This document shows, piece after piece, positions 19,640-28,932 of a DNA stretch of 64,000 nucleotides; within the stretch, counting starts at the first letter, position 1, and each line of letters opens with the position of its first letter. This stretch comes from Alphaproteobacteria bacterium (GTDB lineage Bacteria; Pseudomonadota; Alphaproteobacteria; UBA6615), in the NCBI GenBank assembly GCA_009694135.1, contig SHVS01000009.1:5319-69318 (forward strand). The letters are read 5' to 3'. The notes under the pieces were generated by a model. That model did no database searches. It saw only the letters and a program-made list of their open reading frames with translations, and was not told where the DNA came from. A program made the translations under genes and the position numbers.

Positions 19640-22159
19640 TCACAAGCGGGTTCGCTGCAACCGAAGCGCGTTACCGACGACCGACACCGAACTCAGGCTC
19701 ATGGCCGCCGCGGCGACGATCGGGCTCAGCAGCAGCCCGAACAGCGGATAAAGGACTCCGGCCGCCACCGGCACGCCCAAAACATTATAGACGAAGGCGA
19801 AGAACAGGTTTTGCCGGATGTTGCTCAGCGTTGCCCGCGACAACCGCCGGGCGCGCAGCAACCCCGCCAGATCGCCTTTGAGCAGTGTGACCGAGGCGCT
19901 TTCAAGCGCCACGTCGGCGCCAGTCCCCATGGCGATGCCGACATCGGCCTGCGCCAGCGCCGGCGCGTCATTGACCCCGTCGCCGGCCATGGCGACGATC
20001 CGCCCCTCGGCTTGCAGCCGGCGGATAACCGCCGCCTTCTGGTCGGGCAGAACTTCGGCCTCTACGGCGTCGATACCGAGCTTGCGGGCAACGGCTTCAC
20101 CGGTCGCGCGCGTATCGCCGGTCAGCATGATTAGCCGCACGCCCTCGGCCGTGAGCGTGGCCACGGCTTCTGGCGCGGAGGCCTTGATCGGATCGGCAAC
20201 GGCGATGAAACCCGCCGTGTGGCCGTCGAGCGCGACGTAGAACACGGTTTCACCTTCGCTCCGCCGTGCATTGGCGGCGGCATCGAGCGGGCCAGAATCG
20301 GCGCCGAGCGTGCGCAGCAGCGCTTGGTTCCCGATGGCAACCCTACGCCCGGAAACTGTGCCCGTGATGCCCTTGCCGGGCAGCGAGGCGAAGTCCGCGA
20401 CCGCACCCAGATCAAGGTGGCGTGCCGACGCTCCGTCCACGACTGCTTCCGCGAGCGGATGCTCGCTGGCGCGCTCCAGGCTGGCAGCGAGGCGCAGGAG
20501 CTCGTCCTCGGTGATGCCGGGATTGGCGACCACGCCGACCAGACGCGGCTTGCCCTCGGTCAGCGTGCCGGTCTTATCGACGACCAGCGTATCGACCGCT
20601 TCCAGTCGTTCGAGCGCCGCCGCGTCACGGATCAAAACGCCGGCCAGCGCGCCGCGCCCGGTTCCGACCATGATCGACATCGGCGTCGCGAGGCCGAGCG
20701 CGCAGGGGCAGGCGATGATCAGCACCGCCACGGCGTTGATCACGGCATAGGCCAGCCGCGGCTCCGGCCCCCAGATCCCCCAGACGATCGCGGTCGCCGC
20801 GGCGACCGCGATCACCGCCGGGACGAACATTCCCGCGACGCGATCCGCCAGCCGCTGAATCGGCGCCCGGCTGCGCTGCGCCTCGGCCACCAGCCGGACG
20901 ATGCGCGCGAGCATTGTATCGGCGCCGACCTTGTCGGCGCGCATGATGAAACTTCCGGTACGGTTGATCGCGCCGCCGGTGACGCACGCACCCGGCTGCT
21001 TCTCGACCGGCAAGGGCTCGCCGGTGAGCAGGGCCTCGTCCACGGCGCTCGATCCTTCGAGCACCACGCCATCGACCGGCACGGACGCGCCCGGCCGTAC
21101 GCGCAGGCGGTCGCCGACATGCACCGCATCGAGCGGGACATCCGATTCTTTGCCATCTTCTGCAATGCGGCGCGCCATTTTGGGGGCGAGGTCGAGCAGC
21201 GCGCGGATGGCGCCGCCGGTGCGCTCCCGCGCCATCAACTCGAGCACCTGGCCGAGCAGGACCAGGGTTACGATCACCGCCGATGCCTCGAAATACGGTT
21301 CGACCAGCCCATCATGATCGCGCAACGCAAGCGGGAACAGCCTCGGCAGAAACACGGCCGCCAAGCTGTAGACGTAGGCTGCTCCTGTGCCGAGGGCGAT
21401 CAGCGTGAACATGTTGAGCGCGCCGGTCATGACCGAGGCCGCGCCGCGTTGAATAAACGGCCAGCCGCACCACAGCAACACGGGGGTCGCGAGCACCAGT
21501 TGCAGCCATTGGCTCACGCGCGGCGACAAAAACGCCGGTAGCCCGACGGTCATTGGCGCCGCCACCAAAAGGACAACCGGAACGGTGAGCGCGACGCCCA
21601 CCAAAAAGCGTCGGCGCATATCGTTCAGCTCGGCATTTTCGCCCTCGACGAGCGCGACATCCTTCGGCTCGAGCGCCATGCCGCAGATCGGACAAGATCC
21701 CGGCCCCACCTGCACGATCTCCGGATGCATCGGACAAGTGTAGAGCGTCCCGGGCGAGGCCGGCGGTGCGGCGTCTCGTTTCGGCGCAAGAAAGCGCTGC
21801 GGATTGGCGGCGAAAGAATCGCGACAATGGGCGCTGCAAAAGAAGTAATCGGCGCCCGCGTGATGTGCACGGTATGGCGTGGTGGATGCGTCCACGCGCA
21901 TCCCACAGACCGGATCGAGCGCGCCACCGCTCGCGGGTTCGGCTGCCATCGCCGGCGCGGGGGCGGCTGGTTTGAGGTATCGGCCGGGCCCGGCGCGGAA
22001 TTTCTCTAAACACTTGGCGCTGCAAAAATAATAGGTTGTGCGCGCATGGCGATGCTTGTGTGCCGCTGTCGCCGGATCGACCGCCATGCCGCAGACCGGA
22101 TCGACCGCCGGCGGCGGAGGGCTTGGAGGCGAGGAGTCAGCCGGATGCGCGTGGCTCAT
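19640..22159 (-). CDS. copA: Copper-translocating P1B-type ATPase with two N-terminal YHS/TRASH-like domains
   Basis: In frame 19640-22495, start moved to ATG 22159 with a GGGGAGA ribosome-binding site. It has a CPC TM motif ([13 protein letters not shown]), DKTGTLT and GDGVNDAP, plus two DPVCGM...Y(Y/F)FCS modules and YTCPMHPE...CPICGM at the N-terminus. Confidence 0.93.
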   Translation of the reverse strand: MSHAHPADSSPPSPPPPAVDPVCGMAVDPATAAHKHRHARTTYYFCSAKCLEKFRAGPGRYLKPAAPAPAMAAEPASGGALDPVCGMRVDASTTPYRAHHAGADYFFCSAHCRDSFAANPQRFLAPKRDAAPPASPGTLYTCPMHPEIVQVGPGSCPICGMALEPKDVALVEGENAELNDMRRRFLVGVALTVPVVLLVAAPMTVGLPAFLSPRVSQWLQLVLATPVLLWCGWPFIQRGAASVMTGALNMFTLIALGTGAAYVYSLAAVFLPRLFPLALRDHDGLVEPYFEASAVIVTLVLLGQVLELMARERTGGAIRALLDLAPKMARRIAEDGKESDVPLDAVHVGDRLRVRPGASVPVDGVVLEGSSAVDEALLTGEPLPVEKQPGACVTGGAINRTGSFIMRADKVGADTMLARIVRLVAEAQRSRAPIQRLADRVAGMFVPAVIAVAAATAIVWGIWGPEPRLAYAVINAVAVLIIACPCALGLATPMSIMVGTGRGALAGVLIRDAAALERLEAVDTLVVDKTGTLTEGKPRLVGVVANPGITEDELLRLAASLERASEHPLAEAVVDGASARHLDLGAVADFASLPGKGITGTVSGRRVAIGNQALLRTLGADSGPLDAAANARRSEGETVFYVALDGHTAGFIAVADPIKASAPEAVATLTAEGVRLIMLTGDTRATGEAVARKLGIDAVEAEVLPDQKAAVIRRLQAEGRIVAMAGDGVNDAPALAQADVGIAMGTGADVALESASVTLLKGDLAGLLRARRLSRATLSNIRQNLFFAFVYNVLGVPVAAGVLYPLFGLLLSPIVAAAAMSLSSVSVVGNALRLQRTRL

Positions 22160-22172
22160 GTTCTCCCCGTGT

Positions 22173-22637
22173 TCAGCCGCGCTGGCCGGCGTTGATGCGC
22201 GCCTGGCGTTCGCGGATTTCCTGCGGCCACCGGCTCTTAATATAGGCAACCACGGCGCGAATGTCCTGGTCGGAGAGAGTTCCGGCAAACGCGGGCATGC
22301 TGGTGCGCGCTCGGGTCTGACCTTCGGCGCCCCCGCCGTTGCGGACCACGGCCCATAATTCACGGTCCGAATGGTGCCAGGTGTGGCCGGTGGCATCATG
22401 CGGCGGCGCCGGCAAGGTGCCGTCGGGAAGGCGGCGTTGCCAGTCCGGTTGGCCCTCAAGTTTGGTGCCGTGGCACGAGGCGCAGTGATCGGCATAGATC
22501 CGCTCGCCTACCGCAAGCGTCGGCGCTTGCGGCGATAAAGCATCGGTCGAGGGCGGGCCGAAGCGCCAGGTCAATACGGCGGTCAGCGCGAGCAGGGCAA
22601 AGATGACAAAGGCGGCAATTCGAAGTCCGGGCGACAT
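22173..22637 (-). CDS. Membrane-anchored monohaem c-type cytochrome
   Basis: 154-aa ORF with an N-terminal TM helix, CASCH haem motif, distal MPAF, and a His-rich [12 protein letters not shown] segment. Its stop is 13 nt before the copA start. Confidence 0.8.
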   Translation of the reverse strand: MSPGLRIAAFVIFALLALTAVLTWRFGPPSTDALSPQAPTLAVGERIYADHCASCHGTKLEGQPDWQRRLPDGTLPAPPHDATGHTWHHSDRELWAVVRNGGGAEGQTRARTSMPAFAGTLSDQDIRAVVAYIKSRWPQEIRERQARINAGQRG

Positions 22638-22807
22638 ATCCGCGTCCCTGCGTTAAAACGAATCATTCGGTACGTTAAGACGAGCATTAACCTGACCGCC
22701 GCGCCGGGAAAATGCCGCGGCGGCCTGTGGGCGAGCGTCACGGGAGCATGGCATGTCGCGAGAGCTGGCGCACATTCGAGCTATACGACGCTGGGGCGAT
22801 TCGGGAA

Positions 22808-23509
22808 ATGTCACTTAGCCTAGGCCAGTCTCCTCCCGCGACTGTCGCGGTAGTCGGCGCCAGCCGAGGAATTGGCCTCGCCTTCGCGCGCGCCTATGCG
22901 GCCGACGGGGCGCGGGTGCATGCCTTGTGCCGTGACCCGCGCCAAGCGGCGGACATATCCGGCGTCACGGGCGATGTAACCGTGCATCGGCTGGATGTCG
23001 CCGTTCCGCAGGAGAGCGCTTCGGTCGCGCGCTCCATCGGCGAGCCGATCGATATTTACATCCACAACGCCGGCATTTACGGCCCCGATGATGCCGAACC
23101 GATCGATGCCGAGGCTTGGGCGCAAGTCATGCAGGTCAATGTCATCGGCGCGCTCAAATGCGCCGAGGCGTTTCGCCCGCTGGTCGCCGCCGGCAAGCGC
23201 AAGCTGATGGTGTTTCTCACCAGTCGCATGGGCTCGATCGGCGACAACCGCAGCGGCGGATCGATCATCTATCGCTCATCGAAGGCGGCGCTGAATGCGG
23301 CGGTCAAAAGCCTGGCGCTCGATGCGGCCGGGCAGGGGATATGCGCCTGTGTCATGCATCCCGGCTGGGTACGAACGGAGATGGGTGGTCTCTCGGCACC
23401 GCTCAGTCCGGAGGCAAGCGTCGCCAATATGCGGCGGGTGATCGCGCGTCTCGGCTCGGCCGACTCAGGCCGCTTCTGGAACCACGACGGCGCCGAGCTT
23501 CCTTGGTAA
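22808..23509 (+). CDS. Short-chain dehydrogenase/reductase (SDR)
   Basis: In frame 22712-23509, start moved to ATG 22808. It has VVGASRGIGLAF and a YRSSKAALN catalytic motif. Confidence 0.88.
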   Translation: MSLSLGQSPPATVAVVGASRGIGLAFARAYAADGARVHALCRDPRQAADISGVTGDVTVHRLDVAVPQESASVARSIGEPIDIYIHNAGIYGPDDAEPIDAEAWAQVMQVNVIGALKCAEAFRPLVAAGKRKLMVFLTSRMGSIGDNRSGGSIIYRSSKAALNAAVKSLALDAAGQGICACVMHPGWVRTEMGGLSAPLSPEASVANMRRVIARLGSADSGRFWNHDGAELPW

Positions 23510-23516
23510 GCCACAA

Positions 23517-25199
23517 CTATCCGGCACGCGGGCGCGCGATGCCGCGGCCCAGGAGCACGACCGGCAGCAACCCGAACAAGACGATGCCGAGCGCCGCCGG
23601 CGAGGCCACCGCCAGACGTTCGTCATGCGCGAATTGGTAGACATGCGTGGCCAATGTTTCGAAGTTGAACGGGCGCAGCAGCAGTGTCGCCGGAAGCTCC
23701 TTCATGCAATCGACGAAGACGAGGGTCGCGGCGGCGAACAGACTCGCGCGCAAGAGCGGCAGATGCACGCCCGTCAGCGTTCTACCCGGCGAACGCCCGA
23801 GGCTGCGGGCGGCCTGATCGAGCGAGGGAGAAATCTTGCCCATGCCTGAGGTGACGGCGGCCAGCGATACGGCGAGGAAGCGCACCAGATAGGCAAATAC
23901 CAATGCCGCCAATCCGCCACTCAGCAGCAACCCGCTTCCAAGGCCAAAGATGCTGTGCAGCATGCTATCGAGCGCATGATCGATCGCGGACAGTGGCGCG
24001 AGCACGCCGATCGCCAACACCGCGCCGGGCAGCGCATAGCCGACTCCCGCCAAGTTGACGAGCGTGCGCAGAGCGCCATCGTTATGCAGCCGCAGACTGT
24101 AAGCGAGGAACAGGGCAAGTGCGACCGCCGCTCCGGCGGTGATGGCCGCCAGCAATAGCGAATTGACTCCCGCGACGAAAAACGCATCCGGCGCACCGGC
24201 CAGAAACTGGCCCAAAGCGTAGCGTGCCAGGATTAGGAACGGGAGGCCGAAACCGAGGACGACCGGCAGCGCGCAGACCATCAGCGCCGCGCCCTTACGC
24301 CAACCGGACAGCTTCTGGCCGGGCAGGGGCCGGTAGCGCTGCGTCGTGTGGTGGAACAGTTGCTGCCGTCTGGCGGCGCGTTCGATCGACAATAACCCGA
24401 TGACCGCGGCGAGCATCACGGCGGCGATCTGCGCCGCGCCGCCGAGATTGCCCATGTGCAGCCAGACGTCGAACACGCCGCGCGTAAGCGTCTGCACGGC
24501 GAAGTAATCGACCGTGCCGAAATCGTTCAACGCCTCCATCAGCGCGAGCGCCGTCCCGGCAATCAGCGCCGGCCGCGCGAGGGGCAGCGCGACCGAGAAA
24601 AAGCTCTGCCATGCCGTGCGGCCGAGCACGCGGCTGGCCTCCAGCACGCACACCGATTGTTCGAGGAACGTGGCGCGCGCCAGCATGTAAACATAGGGGT
24701 AGAGCGCGCAGCTGAGCACGAAGATCGCGCCGGGGAGACCACGGATTTCCGGAAACCAATAATCATGCGGCGCGCTCCAACCGAAGGCCGCGCGCAACGC
24801 GCGTTGCAGCGGCCCAGAATAATCGAGCAGATCGGTGTAAACATAGGCGCTGATATAGCCGGGTACGGCCAGCGGCAGCAGAAGTGCCCAGGCGAAATGG
24901 CGCCGCAGCGGAAAGTCGCACATGGTGACCAGCCAGGCGCTGGCGGTGCCGAGCAGCACGGTGCCGGCGCCGACGCCGAGCAGCAGCAGGGCCGTCGTGC
25001 TCAGATAGCGTGGCAACACCGTAGCGGCGAGATGCGGCCAGATGTTTTCGCTCGGGAACAGCGCCAGCCATAGCACGGCGGCAAGTGGCGCGAGCGTCAA
25101 GGACGCGGCGGCGAGTGCGCCGAGGAACCAGCGCGAACGCCAAGCCGGGGCGAAGAAGCCTCGCCCCGGCCGGCCACCGGCGAATGCGACCGCGGTCAT
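23517..25199 (-). CDS. Fe(3+)-type ABC transporter permease (fused two-domain, FbpB/AfuB-like)
   Basis: 560-aa polytopic ORF with two repeated permease halves. It lies directly downstream of an FbpA-like binding protein. Confidence 0.88.
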   Translation of the reverse strand: MTAVAFAGGRPGRGFFAPAWRSRWFLGALAAASLTLAPLAAVLWLALFPSENIWPHLAATVLPRYLSTTALLLLGVGAGTVLLGTASAWLVTMCDFPLRRHFAWALLLPLAVPGYISAYVYTDLLDYSGPLQRALRAAFGWSAPHDYWFPEIRGLPGAIFVLSCALYPYVYMLARATFLEQSVCVLEASRVLGRTAWQSFFSVALPLARPALIAGTALALMEALNDFGTVDYFAVQTLTRGVFDVWLHMGNLGGAAQIAAVMLAAVIGLLSIERAARRQQLFHHTTQRYRPLPGQKLSGWRKGAALMVCALPVVLGFGLPFLILARYALGQFLAGAPDAFFVAGVNSLLLAAITAGAAVALALFLAYSLRLHNDGALRTLVNLAGVGYALPGAVLAIGVLAPLSAIDHALDSMLHSIFGLGSGLLLSGGLAALVFAYLVRFLAVSLAAVTSGMGKISPSLDQAARSLGRSPGRTLTGVHLPLLRASLFAAATLVFVDCMKELPATLLLRPFNFETLATHVYQFAHDERLAVASPAALGIVLFGLLPVVLLGRGIARPRAG

Positions 25200-25208
25200 C
25201 CGGCGTCT

Positions 25209-26240
25209 TTACCCGTCGAAATCGACTTCATTGGTCATCCGGATCGCGGCCGGACGCTGGCGCGAGACACTTTCCAGATTTACGGTGTCGATCTTGAACT
25301 TGCCGCCTAGGCGCTGCAGAACCGGCGACCAAGGCACAGTGTCGAGCATCGGATATTCGAAATTGAGCTCGGCGTAAGTTTTCTGCGCCGCGGGCGAGAG
25401 CATGAAGCGCATCAGTTTGATCGCGTCGTCGCGATGCGGTGTGGCAGCCGTCAGCGCCATGCCCGACAGATTGACATGCGTGCCGTGGTCAGCCTGGTTC
25501 GGGAACACGGCATAGACCGCTTCGGCCCAGGCCTTCTGTTCCGGATCGGCGAGCATAAGCCCATAGTAATACGTGTTGCCGATAGCCACGTCGCAGAGTC
25601 CATCCATTACCGCCTTGACTTGCGTGCGGTCATTGCCCTGCGGGCGGCGGGCAAGATTGGCCTTCACTCCGCTGAGCCATTTCTTCGCAACCGCCTCGCC
25701 ATCATGCGCGATGATGGAGGACAAAAGCGCGATATTGTAATCATGGCCGCCGCTGCGCGTGCAGACGCGCCCCTTCCATTTGGGATCGGCCAGATCCTCG
25801 TAGCGGGTGATCGCGCCCGGCTTGACACGCGCTTTCGACGCATACAGCACGCGGGCGCGCGTGGTGACGCCGAACCAGTGGTTGGTCGTGTCGCGATAGG
25901 CGGCCGGGATCACGCGTGTGAGTTCGGCGTCATCGAGCGGCTGGGTGACGCCCGCGTCCTTGGCTTCGGCCAGGCGGGAAATATCGGCGGTGATGATCAG
26001 ATCGGCCGGGCTCAAGCGCCCCTCGGATTTGAGCCGCTCGGTGATGCCGGCTTCCGGCAGCGTCACCAGATTGACCTTGATGCCGGTCGCTTTCGTGAAC
26101 TCGGCGAGGATCGGCTCGATCAAATCGGGTGTGCGCGTCGAATAAATATTGACCTCGGCCAAGGCGGGCGTTCCGGCCAAGGCGATAGCCGCTAAAAGCA
26201 GGCGAGCGAGGCGTTTCAGTCGCAGCTGCATGGGTGTCAT
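25209..26240 (-). CDS. Fe(3+) ABC transporter periplasmic substrate-binding protein (FbpA/AfuA-like)
   Basis: 343-aa ORF with a signal peptide, then EVNIYSTRTPDLIEPILAEFTKATGIKV... Confidence 0.85.
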   Translation of the reverse strand: MTPMQLRLKRLARLLLAAIALAGTPALAEVNIYSTRTPDLIEPILAEFTKATGIKVNLVTLPEAGITERLKSEGRLSPADLIITADISRLAEAKDAGVTQPLDDAELTRVIPAAYRDTTNHWFGVTTRARVLYASKARVKPGAITRYEDLADPKWKGRVCTRSGGHDYNIALLSSIIAHDGEAVAKKWLSGVKANLARRPQGNDRTQVKAVMDGLCDVAIGNTYYYGLMLADPEQKAWAEAVYAVFPNQADHGTHVNLSGMALTAATPHRDDAIKLMRFMLSPAAQKTYAELNFEYPMLDTVPWSPVLQRLGGKFKIDTVNLESVSRQRPAAIRMTNEVDFDG

Positions 26241-26399
26241 CCTGTATCCGGTCCTAAATGCTATTAAGAATTACTCGCAACTGACCTTCATATGCCCCCC
26301 GTAGGGCGGCGTCAAGCGTATCGAAATCGGCGTCCCGAATATCCTCACGGCTCGCAGCCGGCCATGACTTCGATCAATTGCACGGAAATCCAGCGTGAT

Positions 26400-27494
26400 T
26401 TATGCCGCGCGGCGGAAACGGTCCTCGGCCATACGGTCGGCGATCCGGTGCGTCGGCGCGTGCTCGGCATCGGCGCGGCCGAAGATTTCGAGCAGCGTCG
26501 CGCGAATGCCTTCGACCCGCTCGCGGATGGTGGCATCGCCCTTTTTCGCCAGGGCGATTTCGATCACCCCACCGGCGTTGATGGCGTAATCCGGCGCATA
26601 CAAAATCCCGCGCTCGGCCAGCATGGCGCCGTGCCGGTCAGCGGCGAGCTGATTGTTGGCGGCGCCGGCGACAATACGCGCCTTGAGCCGCGCGATGGTG
26701 CGGTCATCGAGAATGCCGCCGAGGGCGCAGGGCGCGAACACATCGGCGTCCGTGTCAAAAATCGCGTCGGGGGCAACGGGTGTGGCGCCGAACTCTTTCG
26801 CCGCGCGCGCGACCCGATCGGGCGCGATATCGCTGACGAACAGGCGTGCGCCAAGTTCCTTGAGGCTATGGCGCAGCGCATAGCCGACTTGACCCAGACC
26901 CTGCACGGCGACGCGCACGCCATCGAGATCGCCGGCGTTGCGGTTGAGTTTGTATTGCACGGCGGCTTGGATGCCGCGCAGGACGCCCAGCGCCGTATAG
27001 GGAGATGGATTGCCGCTCCCTGCCGAAGTGCAGGCGACATGTTTGGTCGTGGTCGCGACGGTATCCATGTCGAATACCGTGGTGCCGACTTCTTCGGCGA
27101 TCACATAGGCTCCGCCGAGGCGATCGACCGCGCGCCCCATGGCGCGCAAGAGCTCGGGCGTTTTGTCGCGCTTGGAATCGCCCATGATGACCGATTTGCC
27201 GCCGCCAAACGGCAGCTCGGCCAGCGCCGACTTATAGGTCATGCCGCGCGCCAGCCGCAGGGCATCGGTCAGCGCCGCGCCTTCATCGGCATAGGGCCAC
27301 ATGCGGCAGCCGCCGACGGCGGGTCCACGCACGGTATTGTGAATCGCGATGATCGCCTTGAGGCCGGAGGCGGGGTCGTGGACGAAATGCACGCCTTCAT
27401 GGCCCACGCCTTCATGGCCCACGCCTTCATGGCCCACGCCTTCATGGCCCACGCCTTCATGGCCAAGAAATTCAGGGTGCGAAAACACCGACAT
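26400..27494 (-). CDS. Leu/Val/Phe dehydrogenase (Glu/Leu/Phe/Val dehydrogenase family) with an N-terminal pentapeptide repeat
   Basis: In frame 26400-27569, start moved to ATG 27494. It has ASGLKAIIAIHNTVRGPAVGGCRMW, PFGGGKSVIMGD and a Rossmann motif VAVQGLGQVG. The N-terminus reads MSVFSHPEFL(GHEGV)x5HFVHD. Confidence 0.9.
   Translation of the reverse strand: MSVFSHPEFLGHEGVGHEGVGHEGVGHEGVGHEGVHFVHDPASGLKAIIAIHNTVRGPAVGGCRMWPYADEGAALTDALRLARGMTYKSALAELPFGGGKSVIMGDSKRDKTPELLRAMGRAVDRLGGAYVIAEEVGTTVFDMDTVATTTKHVACTSAGSGNPSPYTALGVLRGIQAAVQYKLNRNAGDLDGVRVAVQGLGQVGYALRHSLKELGARLFVSDIAPDRVARAAKEFGATPVAPDAIFDTDADVFAPCALGGILDDRTIARLKARIVAGAANNQLAADRHGAMLAERGILYAPDYAINAGGVIEIALAKKGDATIRERVEGIRATLLEIFGRADAEHAPTHRIADRMAEDRFRRAA
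27390..27464. repeat. Perfect tandem repeat, 15 bp x 5 (plus-strand unit CACGCCTTCATGGCC)
   Basis: Five identical head-to-tail copies read directly from the sequence. They are in frame within the 5' end of the dehydrogenase gene. Confidence 0.97.
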
Positions 27495-27672
27495 CACTCT
27501 GCTCCAGGGCCTTGAGGATCGGGCGGCGGGGATCGCAGCACTGTGGCAGGCAAATGGTTGCCGAGGCATGAATTATCAAGGCGATTTCAGCGGCCTGGAC
27601 GGTTTCTCGGCCATTGCGCGGCGCGTTCCTTGCGGGCAATCTGATCGCCGGACTGAGCCGGGAGTCTCATCA

Positions 27673-27888
27673 GTGCGCGTCAAGCCGCCGCAATGGCGCC
27701 AGCCCGATGGGGCGCCAGTTTCCTGTATCGAGAAGCTCAAGGTGCTCAACGAGAACCTGGGCGAGATCGAAGCGATTTGCCAGGAGGCGCTCGAAGACGG
27801 CGTGCTCATGGGCTGCGACGAGACGCAATTCTGCAGCTATCTGCATGCGTTGGTCGATGGGCTGGTCAATCCCTACAAGCGTGGTTGA
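27673..27888 (+). CDS. Small hypothetical protein with four Cys (about 71 aa)
   Basis: In frame 27349-27888, third-position GC is high only from about 27673 onward. GTG 27673 has GGGAG 8 nt upstream (MRVKPPQWRQPDGAPVSCIEKLKVL...GCDETQFCSYL...NPYKRG). Alternative start is ATG 27568. Confidence 0.4.
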   Translation: MRVKPPQWRQPDGAPVSCIEKLKVLNENLGEIEAICQEALEDGVLMGCDETQFCSYLHALVDGLVNPYKRG

Positions 27889-27909
27889 TCCCGCGCTAGA
27901 GATACTCTG

Positions 27910-28851
27910 ATGGCGGCGCGGCCGATCATCATCGACTGCGACCCAGGGCAAGACGACGCCGTCGCGCTTCTGCTGGCGCTGGCGTCGCCCGCGGACTTGG
28001 ACATACGCGGCATTACGGCGGTCGCCGGCAATGTTCCGCTCGCCCTGACCGAGCGCAACGCGCGGCTGATGGTCGAGCTGTCCGGGCGCAAGGATGTCCG
28101 AGTGTTCGCCGGATGCTCGCGCCCGATGCTCCGCAAGCTCGTGACCGCCGAAGCGGTGCATGGCCAGACGGGGCTTGATGGCTGCCCGATCCATGCCCCC
28201 ACGGTTCCCTTGGAGCGCCAGCATGCGGCGACCTTTCTGGTTGAAGAGTTGCTCGCCGCTCCCGACGACGCGATCACGCTGGTGCCGGTCGGGCCGCTGA
28301 CCAATATCGCGCTGGCGCTGATCATGGAGCCACGCATCCTTCCCAAGATCCGCGAGATCGTGTTGATGGGCGGCGCCTTCCGGGAAGGCGGTAACACCAC
28401 CCCGGCGGCCGAGTTCAACATTTATGTCGATTCGCATGCGGCCGATGTCGTGTTCCGCTGCGGGCGGCCGATCACGGTCTTGAGCCTCGATGTCACGCAT
28501 CAGGCGCTCACCACGCCGTCGCGGCTGGCCGCCTTTCGCAAGCTGGGCACCAAGGTGGGCGGCATCGTCGGCGATATGCTCGCTTTCTACGACCGGCACG
28601 ATATCGCCAAATACGGCATGCCGGGCGGGCCGCTGCACGACCCTACGACGATTGCCTTTCTGTTGGCGCCCGACCTGTTCACCGGTAAGCGCGTCTCGGT
28701 CGAGATCGACATCGCCGACGGCCCGTCGCTTGGGGCCACGCGCGTGGACTGGTGGGGCGTCACCCAAAAACCCGCCAATGCGCTCTGGATCGAACGCTTG
28801 AACGCCGATGGATTCTACGCGCTGCTCACCGAGCGCATCGGGCGGCTGTAG
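27910..28851 (+). CDS. Nucleoside hydrolase (inosine/uridine-preferring family)
   Basis: 313-aa ORF with the N-terminal aspartate cluster IIIDCDPGQDDAVALLLA. Confidence 0.9.
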   Translation: MAARPIIIDCDPGQDDAVALLLALASPADLDIRGITAVAGNVPLALTERNARLMVELSGRKDVRVFAGCSRPMLRKLVTAEAVHGQTGLDGCPIHAPTVPLERQHAATFLVEELLAAPDDAITLVPVGPLTNIALALIMEPRILPKIREIVLMGGAFREGGNTTPAAEFNIYVDSHAADVVFRCGRPITVLSLDVTHQALTTPSRLAAFRKLGTKVGGIVGDMLAFYDRHDIAKYGMPGGPLHDPTTIAFLLAPDLFTGKRVSVEIDIADGPSLGATRVDWWGVTQKPANALWIERLNADGFYALLTERIGRL

Positions 28852-28932
28852 GCCGTTGTGGCGAGCCGGCCGCAGCCGGGTTACCCTCGCGACTCCTGTG
28901 CGCGCGAGTCGGACGGTTGCGAGGGGGATAGT

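Noticed and set aside
26241-26399. Searched the Fe-transporter upstream region for Fur, Irr (ICE) or RirA (IRO) boxes.
   Set aside because: Only a partial resemblance turned up (TTCTTAA-N5-TTTAGGA), with the half-sites in the wrong relative orientation. It is not strong enough to call.
27390-27464. Considered whether the 15-bp repeat array could be a CRISPR array or minisatellite outside a gene.
   Set aside because: The units are contiguous with no spacers and far too short for CRISPR repeats. They lie in frame inside a coding sequence.
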